Source: an uncultured Elusimicrobia bacterium
Lineage (GTDB): Bacteria; Elusimicrobiota; Elusimicrobia; 2-01-FULL-59-12
Direction of reading: 5' to 3'
Length of the DNA stretch: 64,000 nucleotides
Assembly (NCBI GenBank): GCA_963702895.1
Contig: OY969767.1
Span: forward strand, 2,418,398 to 2,482,397
Shown: positions 48,950 to 59,472 of the stretch, piece by piece
Position numbering within the stretch: the stretch's first letter is position 1
How the letters are laid out: each line of letters begins with the position of its first letter
Program-made: the position numbers and the translations under genes
The notes under the pieces: model-generated
Seen by the model: only the letters and a program-made list of their open reading frames with translations
Database searches by the model: none
Told to the model about the DNA's origin: nothing

Positions 48950-50464
48950 CTATTTCTGGGTGGAGGCCCTGAGGAACTGGAGTCGAGCGGCCGCCGGGAG
49001 TTTGGACGCAGGGATCGCCCGCAGCGACCATTCTTTCCAGCCTCCCTGTAAGCGGCCAAAGGCGGGCTGTGACTGATATTTCGTAGGGATGAGTGCTTTG
49101 AGGGGTGCGTCCTTTTCTCGAAAATCGATGCGCGTATAGACGTCGATGCCTTTGCGCTCAAGATCCACCCGGCCAAAACCGCTGGCCCGGACGCTCGACA
49201 TGACCAGAAGCCCCTCTTGCGCCGTGACGATGCCGTTTTTCGCCTGCCAACGGACGCTGAGCTTGCTAAAAGGGATACCCGTCGACGAGTCGAGATATTT
49301 TTTCTTCAAGTAGGGCATCGATTTGGCTTTGGCCAGTCGTTTAAGGGAACTCGCCGGGAACTCGTAGCGCCCTTCTTGAAGTTCCAGAGAACCCCGCCCT
49401 TCGATCGTGCTCGAGGTGCGACTGGAGAAGACCATTCCGAAGTCTTGGGTGATGCCGGTGAGCTTCCCGGACAATGAGAGATTTTCCCCCGTCACCAGAA
49501 GCAACGCTTCGACCGGCACGGCGCTCACAGCGCCCTCCAAACGCAGTCGCGGCCCCGCGGTCTCAGGCGTGAGAGTCCCCTTGAGCTCACTCTGTCCTCC
49601 AGAGATTTGGGCCGAATGCTCAAAGGCCATCCCAGATCCACTCTCTTTGATGGACAACTGCCATAGGTCCAAGCTCAGCGCTGTGTCGAGGGATGGACTG
49701 ATCGGGAGCCGCGCCAGAAATTGAAGGACAGTGCTCGCCCGGCTCAGGCGCCACGTCGAGGCCTGAGATTTGAGCTCAAAGCCTTGAGGGGTCCTCGTGA
49801 GGCGTGCGGTGAGCGCGTGGGCCTGGTCGGCCACCTCGAGGTCTCCCGTCCACTGGGGATTTGCGAAAAACTGTCCATTGGCGGCAAACGCAAGGCTCAC
49901 CCCCGAAAGAGGCCCCGTGAAGGCGCCACGAACTTCCAGCGTCTCAGGTCTTGGGTTCCAGCTCCCTTCGACAAGGGACAGAACAAGCTCCTGTGGCGCA
50001 CTCGCGTAGGAGTCCACCCAGTGGATCTCCCCTTGCTTCCAATTCACGCGCCGGAGGGTTGACATCTTAGCGCCAGGAAGGCTTGCATCACGCGGCCACC
50101 AGTCGCGGTCGTCCCATTGGCCATTGGGCTTTCGATTGATGACCGCGGACCATCCTTTGATCTCAGCCTCTTCCGGCAAGATTTTTAAGCGAAGGAGGCC
50201 TGAGAAGCTCAAGGGCGCGGAAAGGGTCTCGATTTGGAGAAAAGGCTCCTTTTGGTCGTTCAGGACGGCGATCTGTCCGAGACGAAGGGTTGGCGGCCAG
50301 TATCCGAAGGAGCATTGACCGATCACGACGGGCCGATGGAGGAGGGTGGCGAGGACTTCTTCTATTTTGGCCCGCTGCTGTTCCGGGCGAATCAGGAGTG
50401 GAAGGGTCGCGACCGCCGCCACCAGGACAACGATCAAGAGAACAAAAAACGCTAATCGTTTCAC
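48950..50464 (-). CDS. AsmA-family outer-membrane biogenesis protein
   Basis: N-terminal membrane anchor (FFVLLIVVLVAAVATLPLLI) followed by a long beta-rich periplasmic region, typical AsmA-like layout. Confidence 0.6.
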   Translation of the reverse strand: MKRLAFFVLLIVVLVAAVATLPLLIRPEQQRAKIEEVLATLLHRPVVIGQCSFGYWPPTLRLGQIAVLNDQKEPFLQIETLSAPLSFSGLLRLKILPEEAEIKGWSAVINRKPNGQWDDRDWWPRDASLPGAKMSTLRRVNWKQGEIHWVDSYASAPQELVLSLVEGSWNPRPETLEVRGAFTGPLSGVSLAFAANGQFFANPQWTGDLEVADQAHALTARLTRTPQGFELKSQASTWRLSRASTVLQFLARLPISPSLDTALSLDLWQLSIKESGSGMAFEHSAQISGGQSELKGTLTPETAGPRLRLEGAVSAVPVEALLLVTGENLSLSGKLTGITQDFGMVFSSRTSSTIEGRGSLELQEGRYEFPASSLKRLAKAKSMPYLKKKYLDSSTGIPFSKLSVRWQAKNGIVTAQEGLLVMSSVRASGFGRVDLERKGIDVYTRIDFREKDAPLKALIPTKYQSQPAFGRLQGGWKEWSLRAIPASKLPAAARLQFLRASTQK

Positions 50465-50494
50465 TTTTCCCTCCCCTGGGTCCCGGCGCGGGCC

Positions 50495-51376
50495 TTACGG
50501 TATGACTTTATTGAGCGGGTACTCGATGATCCCCTCAGCACCCGCGCGCTTGAGCTGAGGGAGCAGCTTCTTGACCGTTTTTTCTTCGATGATCACTTCC
50601 AGTGCCGACCAGCCGGGTTCACTCAAGCTGGCGATGGTAGGACGTTTGAGCGCTGGCAAAAGTTTCATCACTTCCTTCAAATCCTTCTGAGCGACATTCA
50701 TCTTGAGACCCACAAGACCTTCAGCGGCAAGAGCGCCTTGGAGCAGCATCGCGAGATTTTCCATTTTCTCGCGTTTCCACGAGTCTTTCCAGGCCTGCGG
50801 ATTCGCGATAAAACGCGTACTGGAGGTCAGAATCTCCTCCACCACACGCAGTTTATTGGCGCGCAGCGAGCTTCCGGTCTCAGTGAGCTCCACAATGGCA
50901 TCGACCAAGACCCCGGCTTTGGCTTCCGTGGCGCCCCAAGAGAACTCGACTTCGGCATTCACCTTGTGCTTCGCCAAGTATTTCTTGACCACCCCGACCA
51001 GCTCCGTCGCAATCCTTTTGCCTTCCAAATCTTTGACAGACTTAATCGCTGAATCCTGAGGAACCGCCAGCACCCAGCGGACCGGGCGGAAACCGGACTT
51101 TGCATAAAGAAGTTCACAGACTTCATGGACCTTGGCCCCCGACTCCATCACCCAGTCATGACCGGTGAGGCCGGCATCAAAGACACCCTCCGCCACGTAA
51201 CGGGCCATTTCCTGGGAACGGACGAGCATGATTTCAAGCTCATCGTCATCCGTGCCGGGAAAATAGGAGCGCTCCGAAGCGTGCACGCGGATACCGGCAC
51301 GCTTAAAGATTTCAATCGTTGATTCCTGGAGACTCCCCTTGGGAAGCCCGAGTTTGAGTTTTTTGTCTTCAGCCAT
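50495..51376 (-). CDS. hisG: ATP phosphoribosyltransferase, long form with C-terminal regulatory domain
   Basis: [24 protein letters not shown]-terminus, catalytic core, C-terminal regulatory domain; 293 aa. Confidence 0.85.
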   Translation of the reverse strand: MAEDKKLKLGLPKGSLQESTIEIFKRAGIRVHASERSYFPGTDDDELEIMLVRSQEMARYVAEGVFDAGLTGHDWVMESGAKVHEVCELLYAKSGFRPVRWVLAVPQDSAIKSVKDLEGKRIATELVGVVKKYLAKHKVNAEVEFSWGATEAKAGVLVDAIVELTETGSSLRANKLRVVEEILTSSTRFIANPQAWKDSWKREKMENLAMLLQGALAAEGLVGLKMNVAQKDLKEVMKLLPALKRPTIASLSEPGWSALEVIIEEKTVKKLLPQLKRAGAEGIIEYPLNKVIP

Positions 51377-51452
51377 AAAGAGTCCTTTTATTGAGAAATG
51401 GTAGTGAATTATAGCAAGCAGAGCCAGTGTGGTGATTCCAACGTCGCTTTAT

Positions 51453-52385
51453 TTATGCGGAAGCGATTTTGGCCAGCGTCAAGGTGCGACGAGAGGGCCA
51501 TGGTGAAGCTTTGTAAGCGTGGTGCACATAATCCTGAAAAAGCTGTTGCAAGCGCCGGGTTATGGGCTTGGACAAACCTCGGCCAAGAGGATGCGCCCGG
51601 GAAGATCCCGCGCTCTTGAGCAGGACGACCGGAACAACTTCGAGCGTTGTGCTGGTGAGGAAGACCTCCTCCGCTTTCAGCAGATCAAGCGGCCTGTAGC
51701 GGCCTTCATGAGCTGGAATCTCATGAAGCTTGGCAAGTTTCAAGACCACGCCGCGCGTAATGCCCGGGAGGAGTCCGCAGGCCAGAGACGGCGTGTAGAG
51801 CTGGCCTTGCTTGACGAAAAAGATATTGGAAGTCGTTCCTTCCGTGAGCTCACCCTTCAGGTTCAAGAGGATGGCCTCAAAAACGCCCATCGCGTTGGCT
51901 TCCATCTTCGCCTGAATGGTATTAAGCGAGCTGATGGATTTGATCTGGGGATCGAGCGCCTCGGGCGGGTTACGGCGGACTTGGGTGATCCCAATGGACA
52001 CGCCCTCGCGCTGATAGCGCTCCACGTCTCGATGGGGGTGCAGCATCATCACCAGGGTAGGCGTCTTGCAAACCGATGGATCAAGCCCCAAAGGGCCCGG
52101 GCCGCGCGCCAGGGTGATGCGAACGCTCGCGTTGGGCTGCCGATTGGCTTTGAGCAGTTTCACCACGGCTCTTTCGAGCGCCCGGCCCGCCCATGGGCAT
52201 CTCAAAGCGATGCGGCTGGCAGAATTCAGAAACCTGCGGTAATGGTCAGGCCAATGAAAGATCTGGTAGCCATAGGCATGGACGGTCTCATAAACCCCGT
52301 CGCCGTAGAGAAAGCCATGGTCGAAGGCGGAGACCCTGGCCGAACGCGCGTCGACGAGGCGGTCATTGATCCAGATCATCGCCAA
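51453..52385 (-). CDS. Class IV PLP aminotransferase (aminodeoxychorismate lyase / branched-chain aminotransferase family)
   Basis: SAFDHGFLYGDGVYETV class IV fold motif; 310 aa. Two genes downstream of a chorismate-utilising enzyme, which favours PabC-like. Confidence 0.7.
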   Translation of the reverse strand: MAMIWINDRLVDARSARVSAFDHGFLYGDGVYETVHAYGYQIFHWPDHYRRFLNSASRIALRCPWAGRALERAVVKLLKANRQPNASVRITLARGPGPLGLDPSVCKTPTLVMMLHPHRDVERYQREGVSIGITQVRRNPPEALDPQIKSISSLNTIQAKMEANAMGVFEAILLNLKGELTEGTTSNIFFVKQGQLYTPSLACGLLPGITRGVVLKLAKLHEIPAHEGRYRPLDLLKAEEVFLTSTTLEVVPVVLLKSAGSSRAHPLGRGLSKPITRRLQQLFQDYVHHAYKASPWPSRRTLTLAKIASA

Positions 52386-52390
52386 GAGCG

Positions 52391-53680
52391 TTATCGATCC
52401 TTCGGGGCGAAGTACCCTCGACGCTTATCGAAGGTGAGACTCTCGGCGTTTTCTTTCCACCAGGCTTTGGCTTCTTTGAAGGCTTTCTTCTTGTCTTTGG
52501 AGGTATAGGCGGAGGAGAAATCAAAATTCCTGTGGCAGAGGAGCTCAAAAGCCTGTTCTGCCGGAATCACACCTACGGTCCGAAGGACGCTGAGTTGGTT
52601 GCGCGTCTCATCATCCATAATTTTGTAACTGAGAGGCTGTGTTTGATGGCGTTCGATAAGGGTCATCAGATCCACCAGGGCCGTCCGGTCCCCCAGTGAG
52701 CCGCGCGCCACAAGGCGCCCTCCTGTAGGCCAAGAGCGGGATGCCACCTGGAGGATTGGCAAAGAAGCCCGGCTGTTCCGCCAAGCGAGCAGTACGCTCG
52801 CGTAATCGCCGTAGCCCACGTCATTGACCAGTTTTTCAAGGTACGCGCCCACGCGCGGGTCTGGCTGATGGGCCACCCGGTCCAGGATGTCCTTGGCTTC
52901 GGACCAGTCGGCAACGTGTTGCCTGGCTCCGGCGGCAGGGCCATTGCTCCAAGCGATGATTTTCTCCTGCTCCTGCTCCGGCCTTTTTTCAAAGGCGACT
53001 TGGGCGTCCTTGATCCCTTCTGGCACGTACCAGAACTGCTCTTGCGCAAAGGGATGGACGCGTATCTGCTGGAGCCTGGATCTTGTGTCCTTTAAAAGGT
53101 GCCCCACGAGGTCCGCCTTACCCCCCTGGCTTTTCCACCATTTCTGCCAGACCTTGACGGATGGATCGAGACGCTTGCCGGTCACCTCCTGAAGAATCTC
53201 ATAAGCGAGCACATTCGGTCCGGGGACCTTGAGGAGATTGATCAGCTCAGGAACATGCGCGGGTTGGATGAAGAGCACGAGTTTTTTTCGTGCCTTGTTT
53301 CGCAAATCCGGGTTCTTGCTACGAAGTCCCGCCAAATAGAGATTGCCTGAGAGGGAGAAGCTGTCCCATCTTTGGGACACGATGCCCGCCAGAACACATC
53401 GCGCGGAGGGGTTGAGCTTTGAGCGGACCTCCGCTTTGCCCAGCAAGGTTCGCACGTTGAGAAAATCGGGGCCATCCTGATCGTAGATTGAGCGCAGGAT
53501 GGAGAATCCAGGGTCGGTCATGTCGCTGAGCTGCTCTTCGGGGATCTGGTTGAGCCGCTGGATAAGCTGAAGGACCGAAGTCTCCTCCGCAGCAGGGGCG
53601 GATCCCGACAACATCGCAAGCGCTAAGATCAAAGAGACAAGAGATGAGAGACGGATGGTGGGGTGTCGTGACGGGTTCAT
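52391..53680 (-). CDS. Hypothetical secreted protein
   Basis: Signal peptide (LSSLVSLILALAMLSGSAPAAEE). No recognised motif. Start overlaps the upstream stop. Confidence 0.45.
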   Translation of the reverse strand: MNPSRHPTIRLSSLVSLILALAMLSGSAPAAEETSVLQLIQRLNQIPEEQLSDMTDPGFSILRSIYDQDGPDFLNVRTLLGKAEVRSKLNPSARCVLAGIVSQRWDSFSLSGNLYLAGLRSKNPDLRNKARKKLVLFIQPAHVPELINLLKVPGPNVLAYEILQEVTGKRLDPSVKVWQKWWKSQGGKADLVGHLLKDTRSRLQQIRVHPFAQEQFWYVPEGIKDAQVAFEKRPEQEQEKIIAWSNGPAAGARQHVADWSEAKDILDRVAHQPDPRVGAYLEKLVNDVGYGDYASVLLAWRNSRASLPILQVASRSWPTGGRLVARGSLGDRTALVDLMTLIERHQTQPLSYKIMDDETRNQLSVLRTVGVIPAEQAFELLCHRNFDFSSAYTSKDKKKAFKEAKAWWKENAESLTFDKRRGYFAPKDR

Positions 53681-55227
53681 GGAAGCCTCCTGTCTTTCGT
53701 GGGTGCCGGGACGCTCGCCCCCAATGCCTCGAGCATCGCCGCAGCTTTATAGAGTGTTTCCTGATATTCCCGAAGAGGAACGGAATCCGCGACAATGCCG
53801 GCGCCCACGGGAAAGGACAACTGGTTCTGATCGAGAAAGAGGGTCCTGATCAGGATATTCAGGGTGGCATCTCCCGTAAACCCGATCCATCCGAGAGACC
53901 CGGTATAGGGCCCGCGCTTGTGCGGCTCGAGTTTATGAATGATTTCCATCGACCGGATCTTCGGACAGCCTGTGATGGTACCTCCGGGAAAGGCGGCGCG
54001 CAGAAGATCCAGCCAGGAACATTCAGGTTTGAGCGTTCCGCGCACGTCGGAGACCAGGTGAATCACATGCGAATAAATCTCCCGGACCAGAGCTTCGGCC
54101 ACACGAACGGTCTTCGGCAAGCACACGCGCCCTAAATCATTGCGCTCAAGGTCCACGAGCATGATATGTTCCGCGCGCTCCTTCGCATCTTGCGCGAGGG
54201 CCTTCGCGAGCCAGACGTCATTGGAGAGCGGCACTCTTCTCGGATAAGTGCCCGCGATCGGTCGCGTCTCCACGCGCCCAGCTTCCAGACGCAGGAGAAG
54301 TTCCGGGGATTGACTGACCATCCAGCGTGTGCCGGATTTATAAAGCGCCGCGTAGGGAGAGGGATTAATCCGGGTCAGCTCCCGGTAGAGTGCCCAGGGA
54401 TGACCGCTCCATCGCGAGGTAAAGGCCTGGCTCAGATTACATTGGTAGATCTCTCCTGCCGCAATGAGGCCCTTGGCGCGCCGTACCATCAGTTGATAAG
54501 CGGCCTCCGAACGGTTGGACCGCACGTCCGTCGCATGGAACTCTCCCCAAGACCTATGACGATGAATGGCCTTCTGGAGAACCACCGCTGATCGACGCAA
54601 ACGGTCCTGCCCCTGGCGGTAAAGGCGTTCCAGTTGAATCGGGGAGAGCGCACGGCCTTCAGGAATGAAAACAGAATGCACAAGCCACAAACGCTTCCTG
54701 GCGTGATCGATCGCGGCCACCGCGTCATAGATGCCAAACTCGAAATCCGGAAATCTTTCTACGGAGAGCATCGCGGGTTTAGGCCGTTTGCTTTGGAACA
54801 GAGACTGAAGGCGCGGCTCGAGCGATGCCGCGCTTTCATAGCCAAAATACCCTACCGCCCCACCCCAAAAGGGAGGAAGCCCGTCCACGCGGGGTCCTGT
54901 CATAGGACTAAACCAACCATGGAAGCGTTCAAAGGTGTTCCCGATTTTGATGGCTTCTTGCTTGGTCCCGGAGGAGGTGCGATGACGGAGCGTTAACGTG
55001 TCCTGGGCGGCCTCGACATGATACCGAGGAGCGTCGAGCGATAAATAAGAATATCGGGCCTGGGAGCCACCCGCAGCGCTGTGGAGAAAAAACGAATCCT
55101 TGTCCTGGGACTGGAGGTTATACACCCACTCCAGCAAATCGCTGGAAGGGAGGTGCGGCTCGATCCAAAGAGGGACCACCCGGTACTGGGTGGCCCAGCG
55201 GGCGAACTGATTAAAGGTCGGAAACAT
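53677..55227 (-). CDS. Chorismate-utilising enzyme, anthranilate/aminodeoxychorismate synthase component I family
   Basis: Chorismate-binding C-terminal domain (RPIAGTYPRR; GGTITGCPKIRSMEII; GAGIVADSVPLREYQE). Lies next to a class IV aminotransferase, suggesting PabB/PabC. Confidence 0.8.
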   Translation of the reverse strand: MFPTFNQFARWATQYRVVPLWIEPHLPSSDLLEWVYNLQSQDKDSFFLHSAAGGSQARYSYLSLDAPRYHVEAAQDTLTLRHRTSSGTKQEAIKIGNTFERFHGWFSPMTGPRVDGLPPFWGGAVGYFGYESAASLEPRLQSLFQSKRPKPAMLSVERFPDFEFGIYDAVAAIDHARKRLWLVHSVFIPEGRALSPIQLERLYRQGQDRLRRSAVVLQKAIHRHRSWGEFHATDVRSNRSEAAYQLMVRRAKGLIAAGEIYQCNLSQAFTSRWSGHPWALYRELTRINPSPYAALYKSGTRWMVSQSPELLLRLEAGRVETRPIAGTYPRRVPLSNDVWLAKALAQDAKERAEHIMLVDLERNDLGRVCLPKTVRVAEALVREIYSHVIHLVSDVRGTLKPECSWLDLLRAAFPGGTITGCPKIRSMEIIHKLEPHKRGPYTGSLGWIGFTGDATLNILIRTLFLDQNQLSFPVGAGIVADSVPLREYQETLYKAAAMLEALGASVPAPTKDRRLP

Positions 55228-56446
55228 CGCCGTCTAAGGTCCGCATGACAAGGCCCGTGGTGACCTTGGGATAGAAATAAGTCGATTTTTGGGGCAGGGG
55301 CCTGCCCGCTTTACAAATGCGGGCAAACACCTCTTTGTCAGGGGGCGGCAGCAGGAACACCGCATCGTATTCCCCGCGCATGAGGTGTTCCGCCATCTCG
55401 CGCGGATTTTGCCCATAGGAGATCTGCTCCAGCGGAATATCTTTGAGGACGCCCTCATGCAGCGCGACCACAGGCATGGGAGAGACTTTGTCCTTGGGCG
55501 AGAGCCAGTAGGCCGGACCACTTTTTAAAAGAAGCCCCATGCCGGAATGCTCATTCTTTCGTCTCAAGCGGCTCATGACAACGCTCAAGCCCGGGACCTT
55601 TCGAAGGATGAAATAGGGCGTGATGCGATTTTCCCATTCCGCTTGTGAGGCTTGATAGCGCACGGCTCGATGCGTCGGTTGAATGACAAGCCCCGGGTCC
55701 GTCAGGGAGCACAAAAAGGTCATCACGTAATGGTAAGCCTTTGTCTTTTTGGACGAGTGCTGGCTTGCTTGAGAGCGCTCCTGTGCATAATCCCAAGACG
55801 TTTCATACCGGTGATGGCCGTCTGCGATCAAAATATCCCCTGAAGAAACGATTTTTCTTAAGGCCTTGATCGTTGGAGGATCTGACCATTTCCATAAGCG
55901 GTGTGTGACGCCTTTGTCGTCCCGGCAAACGAGAAGCGGTTTTGCCTGCATGCGCTCGCCGATGATCTTACAGGCCTGGCTTTGGGGGTCGAAATAGATG
56001 CCAAAGATAGGGCTGATGTTGGCGCGCGTCGCGCGCATGAGCATCAGACGGTCCGCCTTATGCTTGGGGAAGGTCCGCTCATGAGGACGGATGCGGCCTC
56101 TCCCCGGTTTTTCCACACGCAGCGCCGCGAAGAACCCCTGACGCACAAAAGGCGCGCCGCTCACATTAAATCGTTGTTCATACCCGTAGAAGCATGGTTC
56201 TTTTTCTCGGATGAGCGTCTTGTTGTTCTGCCACTTCTTCCAGAAAAGCGCGGCGACCTCATATTTGTCTTTGCTGCCCTGGGTCATCGGAAGCTCCACG
56301 CGGACCATGTTCCAGGGACTCCTGCCCATCAAGCGGTGATAGTCCGTGATGCTGATCACGTCATAGGGAGGGCAAATGATCTGGGAAAGGCTGGGGTGGC
56401 GCTTGAGGTTATAGCGAAGTGCCTTGAAAGGCGCGATCTCGACCAT
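55211..56446 (-). CDS. Conserved hypothetical protein (DUF1015-like)
   Basis: 411 aa, soluble, no catalytic motif recognised. Overlaps the downstream gene start. Confidence 0.45.
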   Translation of the reverse strand: MVEIAPFKALRYNLKRHPSLSQIICPPYDVISITDYHRLMGRSPWNMVRVELPMTQGSKDKYEVAALFWKKWQNNKTLIREKEPCFYGYEQRFNVSGAPFVRQGFFAALRVEKPGRGRIRPHERTFPKHKADRLMLMRATRANISPIFGIYFDPQSQACKIIGERMQAKPLLVCRDDKGVTHRLWKWSDPPTIKALRKIVSSGDILIADGHHRYETSWDYAQERSQASQHSSKKTKAYHYVMTFLCSLTDPGLVIQPTHRAVRYQASQAEWENRITPYFILRKVPGLSVVMSRLRRKNEHSGMGLLLKSGPAYWLSPKDKVSPMPVVALHEGVLKDIPLEQISYGQNPREMAEHLMRGEYDAVFLLPPPDKEVFARICKAGRPLPQKSTYFYPKVTTGLVMRTLDGDVSDL

Positions 56447-56483
56447 GCTGCTATTTTAGCTTAGAAGGGCTTTCGAAACGAGT

Positions 56484-57803
56484 CTAGCTGACAGGAAGCT
56501 TGGAAAAAGTTTTTTCGATGGCGGCAAGGGCCTTCTTCAGCACAGCCTTGGAGTGGGTGGTCGTGATAAAAGCGGCCTCAAAGGCGGAAGGAGGAAGGTA
56601 GACGCCGCGTTCCAGAAGCTCATGGAAGAACGTCGCGTAGAGCGCTGTGTTGGACCTTTGAACACTGACAAGGTCGACCACAGGAGCGTTGTTGAAGAAG
56701 AGTGTCCACATGGAACCGATGCGATTGATACGGACAGGCAGGCCCGCTTCCCTTGCGATCTCTTCAATTTCACCGGTGAACCAGGTTGTTACTTTTTCAA
56801 GGGCTTTATAAGGTGATCGTGCTTTCAGGATGGTGAGCGTGGCAATGCCGGCAGCGACCGCCACGGGGTTGCCCGCCAGGGTGCCAGCCTGGTAAACAGG
56901 GCCTAGGGGAGCGACCCATTCCATGATGTCGCGCCGACCGCCATAGGCGGCCAGGGGCATTCCCCCCCCTACGATCTTGCCAAGACAGGTGAGATCTGGC
57001 GTGACTTTATAAACGGTTTGAGCGCCGCCGTAGTTGACGCGGAAACCGCTGATCACTTCGTCAAAAATAAGAAGAGCATTATGCGCCGACGTAAGGGTTC
57101 GGAGTTCTTCCAAAAAACCCTCGCGCGGAGGGACCACGCCCATATTGGCGGCGATAGGCTCCACAATGACAGCGGCGATCGACTCGCCTTCCCTCCGAAA
57201 GAGGTCCCGAGCGGCTTCAAGATCGTTGTAGGGCAAAACGCGGGTTTTCTGGGCCAAGGAAGCCGGAATCCCGGCAGAATCGGGCGAGGAGAGCGTCAGC
57301 GCCCCGGAACCGGCCTTGACGAGGAGCGAATCGACATGCCCATGGTAACATCCGGAAAATTTCACAATCACTTCGCGCTGGGTGGCCGCTCTTGCGACAC
57401 GCAAGGCGGACATCACAGCTTCCGTGCCTGAGCTGACCAAGCGCATGCGCGCCATGGACGGAACAGCCTTTTGAATAAGCTGTCCCAACTCCAGTTCCAG
57501 CTCCGTAGGAGCCCCAAAGGAGAGACCCCGCTTGGCTGTGCGGGCAATCGTTGCCGCAAGCACATTCGGTATATGCCCCAAGACAGAGGCGCCCCAAGAG
57601 CCACAGAAGTCGATCAGCCGGTGGCCATCGGCGTCCCACACATAGGGGCCCTGGCCGCGCGTGATAAAGCGCGGCGTCCCTCCCACGCCCTTAAACGAGC
57701 GGACCGGGGAATTCACACCACCTACAAAAACGTCCTGGGACTTCCTAAATAAGAGATCGGATTTCTTCGTTTTCATGGGTTCATTCGGGCAAAATACTAC
57801 CAT
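56484..57803 (-). CDS. hemL: Glutamate-1-semialdehyde 2,1-aminomutase
   Basis: GGVNSPVRSF N-terminal block, class III aminotransferase fold. An alternative start at the Met about 9 codons downstream (near 57776) is possible. Confidence 0.85.
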   Translation of the reverse strand: MVVFCPNEPMKTKKSDLLFRKSQDVFVGGVNSPVRSFKGVGGTPRFITRGQGPYVWDADGHRLIDFCGSWGASVLGHIPNVLAATIARTAKRGLSFGAPTELELELGQLIQKAVPSMARMRLVSSGTEAVMSALRVARAATQREVIVKFSGCYHGHVDSLLVKAGSGALTLSSPDSAGIPASLAQKTRVLPYNDLEAARDLFRREGESIAAVIVEPIAANMGVVPPREGFLEELRTLTSAHNALLIFDEVISGFRVNYGGAQTVYKVTPDLTCLGKIVGGGMPLAAYGGRRDIMEWVAPLGPVYQAGTLAGNPVAVAAGIATLTILKARSPYKALEKVTTWFTGEIEEIAREAGLPVRINRIGSMWTLFFNNAPVVDLVSVQRSNTALYATFFHELLERGVYLPPSAFEAAFITTTHSKAVLKKALAAIEKTFSKLPVS

Positions 57804-57901
57804 TTGAACCCGTCGTTGACAATATCGACGGAAAATTTTACAATCCGCATCGGACCCACAGCAACGACACCGTAAATATCAATCCATATCTAAAAATAAA
57901 C

Positions 57902-58606
57902 ATGATTTCGGCATTATTATTTGATTTTGGGGGCACCCTGGACTCCGATGGCGAGCATTGGCTTAACCGGTTCTATGCCATTTATCCCGATATAGGCTTA
58001 CCCGAAGTGCCTAAACCAAAGATTAAAGAGGCCTTTTACTGGGCTGATGAGCAGGCGAGTATCGACCCTGCCATGCGTCAGGCCGGTCTCAGACAAATGA
58101 CCGAGCTTCACGTCCGCTGGCAATTTCATAAACTGGGGCTCCATGACCGTCAGCTTGAAGTCGAAGCCGCGGCGGCCTTCTACAAACCGGCCAACCGAAT
58201 TCTTCGTCGTAATCGACACGTTCTAGAGAAATTAAAACACGCTGGTTTGAAACTCGGGATCCTCTCGAATTTTTATGGCAACATCGACACACTCTGCAGG
58301 GAATATTCCTTCTCCCCCCATTTGGACATCATCTTGGACTCGGCCGTGATCGGAATAAAAAAGCCTGACCCGAGGCTCTTTGCGCTTGCCTGCGAGCGGC
58401 TGAAGCTACCGGCCCATGAAATCGCTTTTGTCGGCGACTCCTTTGAGCGTGATATCGTCCCAGCGAAAATCCTTGGAATGAAGACGTTTTGGCTTGTTGG
58501 AGATCGCAAGCTCACACCCCCTGAGCCCGCCAAAGTGGACTGCATCCTTCGAAGCCTGGCGGACCTCCCCCATGATCTTGTCCCTCACCACAAAGATCCC
58601 AAATGA
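57902..58606 (+). CDS. HAD-superfamily hydrolase (phosphatase-like)
   Basis: N-terminal LLFDFGGTLD (DxD/G-type motif I) and distal FVGDSFERDI motif. Confidence 0.7.
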   Translation: MISALLFDFGGTLDSDGEHWLNRFYAIYPDIGLPEVPKPKIKEAFYWADEQASIDPAMRQAGLRQMTELHVRWQFHKLGLHDRQLEVEAAAAFYKPANRILRRNRHVLEKLKHAGLKLGILSNFYGNIDTLCREYSFSPHLDIILDSAVIGIKKPDPRLFALACERLKLPAHEIAFVGDSFERDIVPAKILGMKTFWLVGDRKLTPPEPAKVDCILRSLADLPHDLVPHHKDPK

Positions 58607-59472
58607 AGGCAGGCATCATCGCGGCGGGATGGGGCCAGAGACTAGCTCAGAACATCCCCAAAGCCCTGACGCCCATAGGACGGAGAGCTCTGATCGATTA
58701 CGCCCTCGACGGCTTGCAAGCCGCGGGGGCGAGCGAAGTGACCTGTATTGTCAACGAAGCCGCAAGGTCGGTCCCCGACTATGTGGCAAAAGCCAGTCGA
58801 AGAATCAAAATGGACTGGGTGATTCAAACGACACCTTCGTCGATGCACAGTTTTTTAATCGTGCTGGAGCATCTCGCGAATCAGCCCTCACCCCCAACCC
58901 TCTCCCGCGTGCACGCGGGAGAGGGCGAGGTCCGCAGGGCCGCGGGTGAGGGGAGCGAAGCCTTTTTGATTACCACGGTGGACTCGGTTGGTCCGCTTTC
59001 GATCTACAAGGATTTTGTCGAATCTTGCCAGCACTTCCCGGACGCGGATCTCTGCCTGGGGCTGACCCCCCATACCGACGACGAAAAACCCCTACGCGTG
59101 GCGATGCGCGGCAAGGAAGGAACAGGCCTGCTCCCGGAGCGCGTGGCGCAAGATCCCCCGGCCTTTGAGATCACGGCGATGAGCAGCAACGGATTCGAAA
59201 GCGAGTTCGTGACCGCCGGCCTCTACTGGGCTCATCCGCGCATTCTCCAAGAGAAGGAGAAGGTTCTCTCCGGCGGGCTCTCAGCGCTGCGGCAGTACTT
59301 CGGCTACCTGTTAAAATATGGTTATCGTTTCTACGGTGTGCCCCTGCCGCCAGTTCTGGACGTGGACCGGCCTCAGGACATCGCAAAGGCTGCAGAATGG
59401 GAACGCTCCGGGCTCGTGGCGCAAGCCACGGGCAGCGCCCAAGCGCCTCCAGCCGAAAGACGAGAGGGATGA
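58603..59472 (+). CDS. Nucleotidyltransferase (sugar/polyol-phosphate nucleotidyltransferase-like) carrying an in-frame palindromic insertion
   Basis: N-terminal GIIAAGWGQRLAQNIPKALTPIG nucleotide-binding signature. Start overlaps the upstream stop. Confidence 0.6.
   Translation: MKAGIIAAGWGQRLAQNIPKALTPIGRRALIDYALDGLQAAGASEVTCIVNEAARSVPDYVAKASRRIKMDWVIQTTPSSMHSFLIVLEHLANQPSPPTLSRVHAGEGEVRRAAGEGSEAFLITTVDSVGPLSIYKDFVESCQHFPDADLCLGLTPHTDDEKPLRVAMRGKEGTGLLPERVAQDPPAFEITAMSSNGFESEFVTAGLYWAHPRILQEKEKVLSGGLSALRQYFGYLLKYGYRFYGVPLPPVLDVDRPQDIAKAAEWERSGLVAQATGSAQAPPAERREG
58885..58950. repeat. Nested palindrome (CCCTCACC ... GGGTGAGGG family) lying in frame inside the nucleotidyltransferase gene
   Basis: CCCTCACCCCCAACCCTCTCCCGCG-TGCA-CGCGGGAGAGGGCG ... 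GCGGGTGAGGGG. Same family as the metH insert at 47930-48000. Confidence 0.55.
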
